From a virus (Duplodnaviria; Heunggongvirae; Uroviricota; Caudoviricetes), in IMG/VR virus record IMGVR_UViG_3300028833_000081, positions 7,731 through 71,730 of that record: a stretch of 64,000 nt of DNA; one strand, given 5' to 3'. The notes below the pieces were generated by a model. That model had not been told where the DNA came from, did no database searches, and was given only the letters and a program-made list of their open reading frames with translations. The position numbers and the translations under genes are program-made. Shown here in pieces: positions 18,316-27,240 of this stretch (positions within the stretch are counted from its first letter, which is position 1; each line of letters opens with the position of its first letter).

Positions 18316-20193
18316 ATGTCAAAATTAATGGATCTCAAGCTAGCCTATCTGGAGACTGATATTAGACAGAACCTTCCTGAAGTAATTCAGAATTATGTCT
18401 CTTTTAATGACAAGGTTCAAGAGGCTGACAAGAAGGCTTTTATTAACTTCGAATTCAAGTGTCTACTTGAGAGGCTTGAACAGATTAAAAAAGACGGTAC
18501 AACGGAAGTTGCACCTACAGATGCTGCTGAACCTAAACTTGGTCACAGAACCTCTGTGCCATATCCGGCTGGCGGCATAACTAAAGGTATCAAAGTTGGT
18601 AAGTTTGAAGAGCAGACTCTTGCTGACCTTTTAGAAGAAAACCTTTCGAATGATATTCAAGATTTCTATATCTTTAAAGAAAGGTCTTCTACCTTCATAA
18701 ATACACTCTTACAAGTTGACGATCTCCAAGTTGCTACATTGGAAGATTTTGAAAAATTGGTCTGTAGCAAGGAGATTACGAAAATCATGAAAGCCCTTTC
18801 ACCAGTAACTGAAGATCCGGAAACTCATCAGCCGAGTATGTTATTCTTTGTCGAAAACTACCTTAAGGAAGATGATGCTATCTTTATCAACACTAAAGTT
18901 AGAGACAATGTTAAAACATACATCCACAATGCTATCATCTGTCCTATAGCTGCTGAATTTAACTATACCCCAAAAATCTTCAAGATCGAGAACGGTATTC
19001 AGCCATATGCATCTACCCTGAAGATTAAGAGCAAAGAAGGCGTAGTTATAGATGAGCTTCTAAGGATGCAGCAAGGTCTTGGTGTAGAAATTGCATTGGC
19101 AAATAACAACGTCGATAAGCTGTTCTCTGATGAGTTTTATGATACCAATCTTCTAAGATATGAAGATACAAAGGCAGACTTTGATGAGTTCTTTTCTAAG
19201 CTCCAGTGGTTCAAGGACTACATTAGAAACAGGATGCTGGAAAGATACTATGCCCATGAGGTATCTGGTCTTATAGGACAATATGCGGCAGATCATGGCG
19301 TAGTATATCCTGCAACAAGATCTAAACCAGTTCTTCCTAGTAATCCTTCGCAGTCCGATATTGATACATACAACACGAATCTTGCCAAGTATAATGCATG
19401 TGAAGAGGCCAAAGGTAAAATCGATTCTCTCATCGTTAGTCTCTTGGCTACGGAAGCATTACTGCTGGAAGCCGACTATTCCGCACAAAAAGATTTTATA
19501 CGCAAGTTCATGGGAGCATTTACAAGCACCCTTGTTTCTGGAGATTTTGACGAAAATTTCGATGCTATCTATCCTGATAAGAGACAGACTAGAATCAAAG
19601 CCGACATCGAAAAATTCTACAACGGAACAATCATAATTGAACAAGGCAAGACATTCGAAAATACAATCATGTATACGAATGTCAAGGAACAGGAGCTGTA
19701 TAACGGTTTTAGATTCAAAGAAGTATCTGAATCAGTGAGTGACATTCGAGATGCAATAGAGAATATCTTTGAGTACTTCAGATCCTTTAATGGTCTTGGC
19801 GAGATCTATAACTCCTTAAAAGATTATGAGTATAAATGCTTCGACCTTCATGATGAGCTGGAAGCCTTTAAGCAGCTCTCTACCAGTGAACAAACAGATT
19901 CGCTGGTTAAGGCTATTAATAGTTTCAAGACTTTTGTTGGGAGCTGTTCTTCTACCTCGACTGATGATCTTATGCCTGAAAGCTGGGTGAATACCATAAA
20001 AGAGAAAGCTCAGCTTTGTATAGACAGGATGCAGTCTATCCTTGAGCTGACTACTCCTAGAACCTTCATTCTTGAGGATATCTATGAATTTCTTATAAGA
20101 AAGGAAGCAGACAGAGATATCGTAGGTTACATCATAACTCTTGATTCTGACAGGGGTGTCATAAGGGTAGTAAAGGAAAGTGAACCGAACTAA
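18316..20193 (+). CDS. Hypothetical, probably virion protein (625 aa)
   Basis: Long ORF with AAGGA RBS. Confidence 0.8.
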   Translation: MSKLMDLKLAYLETDIRQNLPEVIQNYVSFNDKVQEADKKAFINFEFKCLLERLEQIKKDGTTEVAPTDAAEPKLGHRTSVPYPAGGITKGIKVGKFEEQTLADLLEENLSNDIQDFYIFKERSSTFINTLLQVDDLQVATLEDFEKLVCSKEITKIMKALSPVTEDPETHQPSMLFFVENYLKEDDAIFINTKVRDNVKTYIHNAIICPIAAEFNYTPKIFKIENGIQPYASTLKIKSKEGVVIDELLRMQQGLGVEIALANNNVDKLFSDEFYDTNLLRYEDTKADFDEFFSKLQWFKDYIRNRMLERYYAHEVSGLIGQYAADHGVVYPATRSKPVLPSNPSQSDIDTYNTNLAKYNACEEAKGKIDSLIVSLLATEALLLEADYSAQKDFIRKFMGAFTSTLVSGDFDENFDAIYPDKRQTRIKADIEKFYNGTIIIEQGKTFENTIMYTNVKEQELYNGFRFKEVSESVSDIRDAIENIFEYFRSFNGLGEIYNSLKDYEYKCFDLHDELEAFKQLSTSEQTDSLVKAINSFKTFVGSCSSTSTDDLMPESWVNTIKEKAQLCIDRMQSILELTTPRTFILEDIYEFLIRKEADRDIVGYIITLDSDRGVIRVVKESEPN

Positions 20194-20219
20194 CTTATTG
20201 AAAACCAACGGAGTAATTT

Positions 20220-20729
20220 ATGGCTATGCTGAAACGTGAAAGCTTTAGTTCCGGCATGTTGAAAGATTTGTTTAAAGATAACAAAGACTTTTTAAAACAG
20301 CTTGAAACAGCAAGAACTAATCTTGTTACATATATTGATACAAAGAAACTCATGTCTTTATTTACAGAATGCATCGATGAATGCCCTTATGTAGATTTTA
20401 ATGACAAGAGAGATAGGCGTGTCAATAAGTCTAATCCGGTCTTCAAAGTAAAGATCATTTATGAGAAGATTCCGGCAGAAGTCCTCAAAGAAGCTAGGAT
20501 GAAAGGTTCTATCTCCGATGCAAAGACCAACATCGTCAGGGTAGGTGTCATCTCTAACTTCACTGTTAAGATTCACCAGATTCTTAAAGAGAAGAATAAA
20601 GAATATCTCAAAGAAGAGCTTCCTAGTGATGAAGTTATGAACTCTATCGGAGAATTCATTATGACCTTCTTTATGGTGGATGCTTCTGATGACGCTATGA
20701 AACCAGTCTATATTAGACACATCATTTAA
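20220..20729 (+). CDS. Hypothetical protein (169 aa)
   Basis: GGAG RBS; ends at a bidirectional terminator at about 20729-20765. Confidence 0.8.
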   Translation: MAMLKRESFSSGMLKDLFKDNKDFLKQLETARTNLVTYIDTKKLMSLFTECIDECPYVDFNDKRDRRVNKSNPVFKVKIIYEKIPAEVLKEARMKGSISDAKTNIVRVGVISNFTVKIHQILKEKNKEYLKEELPSDEVMNSIGEFIMTFFMVDASDDAMKPVYIRHII

Positions 20730-20772
20730 AATAATTCCTGTATCTTGCGATACAGGATTATTTTTAACGAGG

Positions 20773-21606
20773 TTACAAGACTTTTGCAAAGGCATTGTTG
20801 CCAAAAGTGTTGAGCTTGAAGTTAGCTCTGTCAACAAGCTTCAAGGTGTACAGACCTTCGAGAGCGGCATAAGTGCCAACGGCCTTGAGGAACTGTTCCA
20901 TTTTATCAGCTTGCGGAATTTCCTTAATAGTGGTATCAAGAATCTGCTTGAAGAAGGTATTGAATCTTCCGGCCTGTGCCTTCATGTACTGTTCGGGGAA
21001 GGCAGCATTCTTGGAAAGTTCGATTTCTTCCTTTCTCTTAGATTCAATCTTCTGTTCGTTGTCAAGCATAGCCAGAACCTTACGGTTAATGACATCGCTC
21101 ACATCGTTTTCAAAAGATTCCTTAAGGACTTGAGCATTAGAAACTTCTTCGTTGCCAGCAACGACATCCTTAGACATGTCGGCGATAGAGGCAAGGTACA
21201 CACGGAAGTGCGGATTTTCTTTAGCAACATCTTCAAGCTTGAAGTACTGCTTTTCGAGAAGATTCTTGAAGGTTTCAGTAGCAGACTTTGCGATTTCTTC
21301 ACTGAAGTCCAGACTAGGATGAACCTTAGCGGCAGCAGCAACCATCTTACCAAAACCGCTGGAGAGCAGGGCTACAAAAGCTTCATCGGTCTGCTTATTC
21401 AGTAGAGCGGCATTACGCTTCTCAAGGTTCTTAGCGCAGGTATTCTTGAAGGGTTCATTAGTCTTAAACTTGTTACGTTCGATCTGTCTGTTGAACTTAT
21501 CTTCTTCAAATTCACGATTGAAATTCAGACTTTCAAGAGCCTTCTGTCTCTGGAGACGACGCTTCTCACCGTGGAGCGATTTATGAACAGAAAAATTCGG
21601 ATCCAT
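20773..21606 (-). CDS. Hypothetical helical protein (277 aa)
   Basis: GAGG RBS; convergent on the terminator. Confidence 0.8.
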   Translation of the reverse strand: MDPNFSVHKSLHGEKRRLQRQKALESLNFNREFEEDKFNRQIERNKFKTNEPFKNTCAKNLEKRNAALLNKQTDEAFVALLSSGFGKMVAAAAKVHPSLDFSEEIAKSATETFKNLLEKQYFKLEDVAKENPHFRVYLASIADMSKDVVAGNEEVSNAQVLKESFENDVSDVINRKVLAMLDNEQKIESKRKEEIELSKNAAFPEQYMKAQAGRFNTFFKQILDTTIKEIPQADKMEQFLKAVGTYAALEGLYTLKLVDRANFKLNTFGNNAFAKVL

Positions 21607-21670
21607 TTCAAAACCTCGTTTGAATTATTCAATCTTTAGTTTACACGTTTGTTTGTCTCTTTTTTGGCAT

Positions 21671-21678
21671 TATATTAT
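21671..21678 (+). promoter_or_regulatory. TATATTAT putative early phage promoter of the Ubl operon
   Basis: The same 7-8-mer lies 25-40 nt upstream of ORFs starting at 995, 46459, 51348 and 52948. Confidence 0.5.
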
Positions 21679-21709
21679 ATCTAGACCTTAACCTAGGAAA
21701 AGTCAATTT

Positions 21710-22348
21710 ATGGAAACTATCAAAGATATCTTTAACAGGACTAGATTATGTGAGGGACTAAGGATTCCTCGAACTGTAGTTATTGCGAACTACAATCGCA
21801 GTGATTACGAAGCGGCTTTTATTGGAAAAGTCGCAACATTTCTTGAACGTAGTGGTGTACAGAATCTTGTCATGCGCTACAATCATAATTGCTTTATCAA
21901 CCCGTTCATGAAGGTCATGTGTGCTGATCTCAGTGTGAGCCGTGGTCTGACGGTGCTTCCGGATTTTATCAAGAATGAAGAACCTGAAGTGGCAATTTGG
22001 TCTGGCGAAGATTCTAGAGGTGACAATGTAGAAAGGTTCTACACTCCTCTCAAAGACAGAGAATTGCTGAATATCTATGTTGCATCGAGGCGTATTGGTT
22101 TGTACTATGGCAAGCCGTTCGCTCTGACAGCACAGATTCGTAGGGCATTCTTGGGCAGTGAAGACACGACATTTGGTCATATCTCTCAGACTCTCCGTAA
22201 TGGAAATTCTATTGATAAACAGTGGCTTCAAAAGGTAGCCGTATTGACTACTTATTTCACTGTGTCTGAGCAAATCTACGATATGGTGACTGAAAATCCT
22301 AACAAACCCTATTTGTTTGATACGGAGAACTTCCATGAAACAATGTAA
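21710..22348 (+). CDS. Hypothetical protein, first gene of the ubiquitin-like cassette (212 aa)
   Basis: AGGA RBS; overlaps the E2-like start by 14 nt. Confidence 0.75.
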   Translation: METIKDIFNRTRLCEGLRIPRTVVIANYNRSDYEAAFIGKVATFLERSGVQNLVMRYNHNCFINPFMKVMCADLSVSRGLTVLPDFIKNEEPEVAIWSGEDSRGDNVERFYTPLKDRELLNIYVASRRIGLYYGKPFALTAQIRRAFLGSEDTTFGHISQTLRNGNSIDKQWLQKVAVLTTYFTVSEQIYDMVTENPNKPYLFDTENFHETM

Positions 22349-22943
22349 AGTCTATGTTCCTCTAGATTTTGTGGTAGAGAAAAGAAGTGGCTCAAGAGTG
22401 GGCTACAATTTCTACGATGTCGAAAACTACAGCAGCAGCGAAATTCGCCGTGTTACAAACAATTCTGAAGTGAATTCTTTCATTAACGGTCTGCTCGGCG
22501 CTGATTTGTCTAATCATCCGTATATCGAACGGATTGAACTCAAATCTAACCAGAATTATATTTATTTCTGGCTTAAGAAGCCTATTGTGCCTACCATGGT
22601 AATCAAGGAAAATCGTAAGTACATTCTTAGCGAAGAGCACAAAGCAAGACTCGTGAGCAGGGATGATCATCTTCAGATCGATTTTCTTAGAATGCAGATT
22701 CCCAACTCGATTGACAATGAACTCAGAATCTGGGCGATGAATAAGTACAGTGGTGAAATCTCCACTCATCCGAATTCCGGTGATGACCATATCTGTTATG
22801 GTACGTATCGTGACAGAGTCAAAGCTGGAAAGTGCCAGATTAGCCATATTATCGGCTTGCTGAACATCGCAAACTTTGACAGTGCATATCGTAATTTTAG
22901 GTACGAACTTGATTGGGATTCTATCCCCAGTGAGGCTTACTAA
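22335..22943 (+). CDS. E2-like ubiquitin-conjugating fold protein (prokaryotic E2), 202 aa
   Basis: THPNSGDDHICYG matches the E2 HPN-x(n)-IC active-site signature (Cys codon 22794-22796), followed by LL..AN..SAY; GGAG RBS; TAATG overlap with E1. Confidence 0.72.
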   Translation: MKQCKVYVPLDFVVEKRSGSRVGYNFYDVENYSSSEIRRVTNNSEVNSFINGLLGADLSNHPYIERIELKSNQNYIYFWLKKPIVPTMVIKENRKYILSEEHKARLVSRDDHLQIDFLRMQIPNSIDNELRIWAMNKYSGEISTHPNSGDDHICYGTYRDRVKAGKCQISHIIGLLNIANFDSAYRNFRYELDWDSIPSEAY

Positions 22944-23611
22944 TGGCTAGACACGCAGTGATTCTCGGAGCCGGAGGAATTGGCTCCAACATTAAACGAG
23001 TGTGGCAGGATAATTTTAGTGGACAGGTTATCACTATTGACGATGACACAATCGAAGCTTCTAACCTTAACAGAAGCGATTTCACGCTTCATAGTATTGG
23101 TCAGCACAAAGCTGATAAGTGCTACAGGATCTCCACTAGAGAAGAATTCTTCAATAAGGCCGGAGACTTCCTTCGTGAAATCTTCCAGTCTGAAGGTGGT
23201 GGTATTAACGGAATGAATGAAAATTCCGTGTTTACTGAAGACGCCTTCGATTGGTTGCGCAATCACGAATATGTTACCGTGATCGACTGTCGTGATACTA
23301 TCGATCCTACAACGATCTTCCGTGAAATTGATTTCAAGCTTACCTACAATGGTGCGTTTGGCATCAGATTCGAACTTAATCCGTTCCACTCCAATGACTC
23401 TGTCTTTGGTGCTGAATTGGAAGCTGTTCGTTATGGAACAACACCGTCGTTCTGTCTGCCACCTCAATGGCTGGCATGGATGGTTGTGAAGTTCTACAAG
23501 GAACATCGTGATATGGTGAAGGACAAGAATGCGCATAAAATTATTGCGTACAACCTTGAAAACGAAATTCTGTCTCACCTGAAAACAGACTTGCCGGAGG
23601 TTGCAGTATGA
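22943..23611 (+). CDS. ThiF/MoeB/E1-family adenylating enzyme
   Basis: GAGGIGS Rossmann loop, DDDTIEASNLNR, GQHKA and VIDCRD motifs. Confidence 0.9.
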   Translation: MARHAVILGAGGIGSNIKRVWQDNFSGQVITIDDDTIEASNLNRSDFTLHSIGQHKADKCYRISTREEFFNKAGDFLREIFQSEGGGINGMNENSVFTEDAFDWLRNHEYVTVIDCRDTIDPTTIFREIDFKLTYNGAFGIRFELNPFHSNDSVFGAELEAVRYGTTPSFCLPPQWLAWMVVKFYKEHRDMVKDKNAHKIIAYNLENEILSHLKTDLPEVAV

Positions 23612-24267
23612 GTGCGAATAACTACAAGCTCATCGACGGATTAGACTTAAAGCAAATCTACGAAATTTTGGACAAAAAGAATGTGGTATGTTTTGAGTCC
23701 TATGACTCTGAACACTACTTCTACTATGACCTCTCCGACGAAGCCTCCATTCCCGTCTTCTTGGGTTTGCTGTGTTCCGAAGAAGAGACTATTGGGCAAA
23801 TCTTCGCTTGTGATCGTGGAATGTATGGTATTGCAGCAAAGACTGTTATCATGCGGCTTATCGATCTCATGGAAGATTATCCGGAATTTGCTGGGTTCGT
23901 CAGAGACATTTATGTCGAAGATTACAACGGCAACAGGCCGTACCAGAAATTCCTCTTGTGGCTTTTGTCCAAGAAACTGCAATACGTTCTTGAAAATGAG
24001 ACGAGCAGCAGCTTCAACGCAAGACTCTGCATCGCAAAGATTCAAAAGGTTATCCAGAGGATTGGATTTGGAAGTGAATTCCTTTTGCCGATTCTCGCCA
24101 ACTGTGGTTTGAATATCATAGATTCCAATGGTTTCTATGCTGATAGCTTCTTTGAATCTATTATAAAGAACGATCTTGAGGCCCTGCCTCGCTCTGCGGA
24201 AAGGTTCTCCGAAGAAGGATTCTCTGTCGAGACATCTGACAGTGCTGCTTCGGTGTTCCTCAGTTAG
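23608..24267 (+). CDS. Hypothetical protein coupled to E1 (219 aa)
   Basis: ATGA overlap with the E1 stop. Confidence 0.75.
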   Translation: MSANNYKLIDGLDLKQIYEILDKKNVVCFESYDSEHYFYYDLSDEASIPVFLGLLCSEEETIGQIFACDRGMYGIAAKTVIMRLIDLMEDYPEFAGFVRDIYVEDYNGNRPYQKFLLWLLSKKLQYVLENETSSSFNARLCIAKIQKVIQRIGFGSEFLLPILANCGLNIIDSNGFYADSFFESIIKNDLEALPRSAERFSEEGFSVETSDSAASVFLS

Positions 24268-24346
24268 AGCATTTTTCAACAGCATATAATAACACGTCTA
24301 ATCAAGTGATTGGACGTGTTAACACAAACAAAAAGGAAAAAACATC

Positions 24347-24877
24347 ATGGCTAGAACCGCTAGTGATCTCAGCGTTGCCGAAGTTGTGAAGGCTTGGAAC
24401 AAGTCTTCTTCGACCATTAAGAAGGTTGTCACAGAACTTGAGACGACCGAAAGCGCACTTAAGACCAAGATTAAGTGCAACAAGGAATTGCAGAGCAAGT
24501 TGAAGAACCTCCGCCCTGAATGGCTGGACATTGACGCGCTCGTCGCAAAGAACAAGACCGCAGTAAAGGCTGCTAAGTCTGGTGCCGCAAGAGCTACTGC
24601 CGCTGCACCGAAGGCCGCTTCCACGGCTGCAAAGACTGCCAAGGCCAACACTGTGACTGTCAAGATTCAGCATCCCCGTAACAGCAGCGAAGCTGTTGAA
24701 GAAACCATCACTTTTGACGATGCCGCCGAACTCCGTATGGGTCTTGAATCCTTTGCGTCTCGTAACGCAACCTACAAGACCGAACCGTATGTGAACGGTT
24801 CTCCGGTGCTTCTCAGCAGCATCAAGAACGGCGATGTCGTTGAACTTCGCCAGAAAGACGCTGGTGCCGCGCTGTAA
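24347..24877 (+). CDS. Ubiquitin-like protein: coiled coil, Ala/Lys linker, beta-grasp domain, C-terminus KDAG-AAL
   Basis: The last ~75 aa follow a beta-beta-alpha-beta pattern ending YVNG..IKNGDVVELRQKDAG, typical of ThiS/Ub folds; AAAGGA RBS. Confidence 0.72.
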   Translation: MARTASDLSVAEVVKAWNKSSSTIKKVVTELETTESALKTKIKCNKELQSKLKNLRPEWLDIDALVAKNKTAVKAAKSGAARATAAAPKAASTAAKTAKANTVTVKIQHPRNSSEAVEETITFDDAAELRMGLESFASRNATYKTEPYVNGSPVLLSSIKNGDVVELRQKDAGAAL

Positions 24878-24893
24878 TTGAAAGAACAGAACA

Positions 24894-24925
24894 AAAAGAG
24901 GGCTAAGCAAATGCTAGCCCTCTTT
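24894..24925 (+). terminator. Intrinsic terminator after the Ubl gene
   Basis: AAAGAGGGCTA...TAGCCCTCTTT followed by a T-run. Confidence 0.75.
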
Positions 24926-24944
24926 ATTTTTGGAGATTAAAATC

Positions 24945-26165
24945 ATGGGATTCGAAATTGACGTAACCCCGAAATTCCTTGAAGGGAAAATTTTCTTCCC
25001 TCCGAAAGTTATCAGACGATTGGACGATCTGCGTAAGGATTTTGCCCATGGCAACGAATATGCAATGTTCTTGCACGCCGAGGTTGATCTAGAGAACCTC
25101 GAAATATGGGTAGATGAAGACATCTATGATATCCCGAATCAGAAAGTTGGCCCTGCTACAGTCGAAATCGAAGATTCGACTTTTGAAATTGATCCGGAAA
25201 CTGGCTATGGTAAGAAGCCTCTCGACCGTACTCTGAACTGCGTTGTTCATCGTCATCCTACTGGTGTTGACAACTTTAGTAGTACTGACAATGAATACAT
25301 CAATGTGATGAATCCGATTTCCTTCTTGTATCAGGAAGGTTACTATGTTCCTAAGGCTCGTATCAACGTTCCGTGGGGCGACAAGATTCTTCCGTTGTAT
25401 GTTTCTCCTTTCCTCATCTACAACGATGGCGAAAAGGATGAATATATCCCGCTCGACGTTCGTCATACGAACTATCAGTATGGTCGCTACGGCTATGGTT
25501 ATGGCTATGGTTATAGCAGCCCGTACGGATTCTATGATCCTGAAACTCATGAATACATTCCCAAGCAGCATTGGGATCGTGATCAGGGTAAGATGGTCGA
25601 TAATCCGGAATACGAAGAACGTAAGGCTGCCGCTGAAGCAAAACAAGCCGAACTCGATAAGGCTCCGAAGCCCATGACCACCAAGGACAAGATCGATCAG
25701 GCTATCAAGGATGCCGAACCTGATCTTGACCTCGATCTCTGTAAGGAACGCATCAGAACCTATGACTACGGCTACTTCCGTAATCGTGGAATGATCGATG
25801 TCGAAGACTTGGAAGATATCGAGGGTTTCATGGATCGCCGTCGGAAACGGGGAAAGAAACAGAAGAACAAGAAGAAGGGAAAGAAGATCTCGTACATGCC
25901 TCGTGGCCAGTACAACTCTTCCGCAAACTTCGATCATGTCTTCGTCGGCGGCGAGGAAACAACCCCGAAACCTGCAGCAGCAAAACCTAGGTCGTTGGTT
26001 GATGCCGAACGTGAGGATCTGTCTTTTGGCGGTTCCTGTATTGAATTCGGTGACGACGGTTTAAGTGATGTTGATTTTGACTCCGAAATCACTCTTGGTG
26101 TTGATGAGGAAATGCAACAACAAGAAGAACTGTTCTTGGGAGTGACAAATGACAACGAAGACTAA
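24945..26165 (+). CDS. JAB/JAMM (MPN+) metallo-isopeptidase with long low-complexity C-terminus (406 aa)
   Basis: Upstream Glu (NEYAMFL) plus exact HxH-x7-S-x2-D motif (HRHPTGVDNFSSTD, 25248-25289); GGAG RBS before the ATG at 24945. Confidence 0.88.
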   Translation: MGFEIDVTPKFLEGKIFFPPKVIRRLDDLRKDFAHGNEYAMFLHAEVDLENLEIWVDEDIYDIPNQKVGPATVEIEDSTFEIDPETGYGKKPLDRTLNCVVHRHPTGVDNFSSTDNEYINVMNPISFLYQEGYYVPKARINVPWGDKILPLYVSPFLIYNDGEKDEYIPLDVRHTNYQYGRYGYGYGYGYSSPYGFYDPETHEYIPKQHWDRDQGKMVDNPEYEERKAAAEAKQAELDKAPKPMTTKDKIDQAIKDAEPDLDLDLCKERIRTYDYGYFRNRGMIDVEDLEDIEGFMDRRRKRGKKQKNKKKGKKISYMPRGQYNSSANFDHVFVGGEETTPKPAAAKPRSLVDAEREDLSFGGSCIEFGDDGLSDVDFDSEITLGVDEEMQQQEELFLGVTNDNED

Positions 26166-26658
26166 AGCCGAACCTAAGAAGTTCAAGAAGACTACGAGTC
26201 AGGAAAACACTTTTGTTTCAAGGTATGGCGACAGTCGTACCTTTCCTAGAATCTCGTTCAGCGAAAAATACTTCATGGTGAACATGCAAGACCTTGTCAA
26301 AGGTGCGAAGTACGAAGATCTCAAGGTTACGCCCAAGTTCTTGGGTGAATCCAAGACTATCGGAAAGTACATGATTCTCGATTTGAAGGACTTTGCTAAG
26401 CTTATCGATAATGATTTGATTCGAAAAGATCTTGTGAAGACTGCTCAAGAGTCCTTGCAGGAAGATGCCTCTTCGGATGACTATTTCAAGATGATGTACT
26501 CCAACACATTGCGCCATCTTGACTATCTCTTGTCTGAAAAGGCTTTCGCATCTTTCCAGTTTAGCTCTTTCACTCGTGAATTCTTGACTAAGAACATGAG
26601 CGCCTTGTCCACGGCTTCTAGAAAGGTCATCGTGAGTAAGGAGGCCTCGATTGGATAA
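26149..26658 (+). CDS. Hypothetical protein (169 aa)
   Basis: Overlaps both neighbours; GGAG RBS. Confidence 0.75.
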   Translation: MTTKTKAEPKKFKKTTSQENTFVSRYGDSRTFPRISFSEKYFMVNMQDLVKGAKYEDLKVTPKFLGESKTIGKYMILDLKDFAKLIDNDLIRKDLVKTAQESLQEDASSDDYFKMMYSNTLRHLDYLLSEKAFASFQFSSFTREFLTKNMSALSTASRKVIVSKEASIG

Positions 26659-27193
26659 TAACCTTGAATTGATTGACTCGTGGAGACACGAGTTCGGGGT
26701 TGAAGCATCGTCTAAAGATATTCTGGATCTAGCTACAAAAAATGTAGCTGCTGCGGAAAATCTAAGTTCCGATAAACTCGTGCAAGTTGGTGCGGCTCTC
26801 ATCAAGCCGGATCTGTCTTACATGATTAGCTCCAACCTCACTCGATTCAATGGTGTATATCCTAAAGGCTTCTGGGCGAAGCATGACACTGATCCTGAGA
26901 CTTCCAGCACAGGCCTCAGGAAAGGTGATATTGCAATACACGCTGAAATCAGACTCATCAATAATGCAATGATAACTGGATTCGTCCATAACGCAGAAGA
27001 TTGGCGTGAATGCCTCTTAGTCCTAAGTACATTCCCTTGTGCTCACTGTGTAAGTGCGCTGATGGAACTAACTGAGATTGAATTCTTACTCGTACTGGGG
27101 AATACCTCAATCAACACTCCGCAAAAGCAAGAGAAGGCTAAAGAGCTTCTCAAGTGGTTTAATACAGACCAACAGCGAGTGATGCATTATTAA
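26651..27193 (+). CDS. Zinc-dependent cytidine/dCMP deaminase-family protein
   Basis: QVGAALI, HAE and PCAHC motifs; GGAGG RBS with TTG start. Confidence 0.85.
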   Translation: MDNNLELIDSWRHEFGVEASSKDILDLATKNVAAAENLSSDKLVQVGAALIKPDLSYMISSNLTRFNGVYPKGFWAKHDTDPETSSTGLRKGDIAIHAEIRLINNAMITGFVHNAEDWRECLLVLSTFPCAHCVSALMELTEIEFLLVLGNTSINTPQKQEKAKELLKWFNTDQQRVMHY

Positions 27194-27194
27194 G

Positions 27195-27240
27195 AAAAAA
27201 GAAAGAGGGCTACTAACATAGCCCTTTTCTTTTTTTTTTT
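27195..27240. terminator. Bidirectional terminator closing the cassette
   Basis: AAAGAGGGCTA-ctaaca-TAGCCCTTTT with flanking A and T runs. Confidence 0.8.

Noticed and set aside
22943-23611. ThiF as a thiamine/molybdopterin biosynthesis gene
   Set aside because: No thiG/thiS/moaD/moaE context; the neighbours are E2-like and JAB genes, and the Ubl has a masked Gly rather than a free GG end.
24321-24330. AACACAAACA shared with the hairpin loop at 49351-49360 (decoy idea)
   Set aside because: A 10-mer match is expected by chance in 64 kb, and A/C-rich leaders are common before RBSs here.
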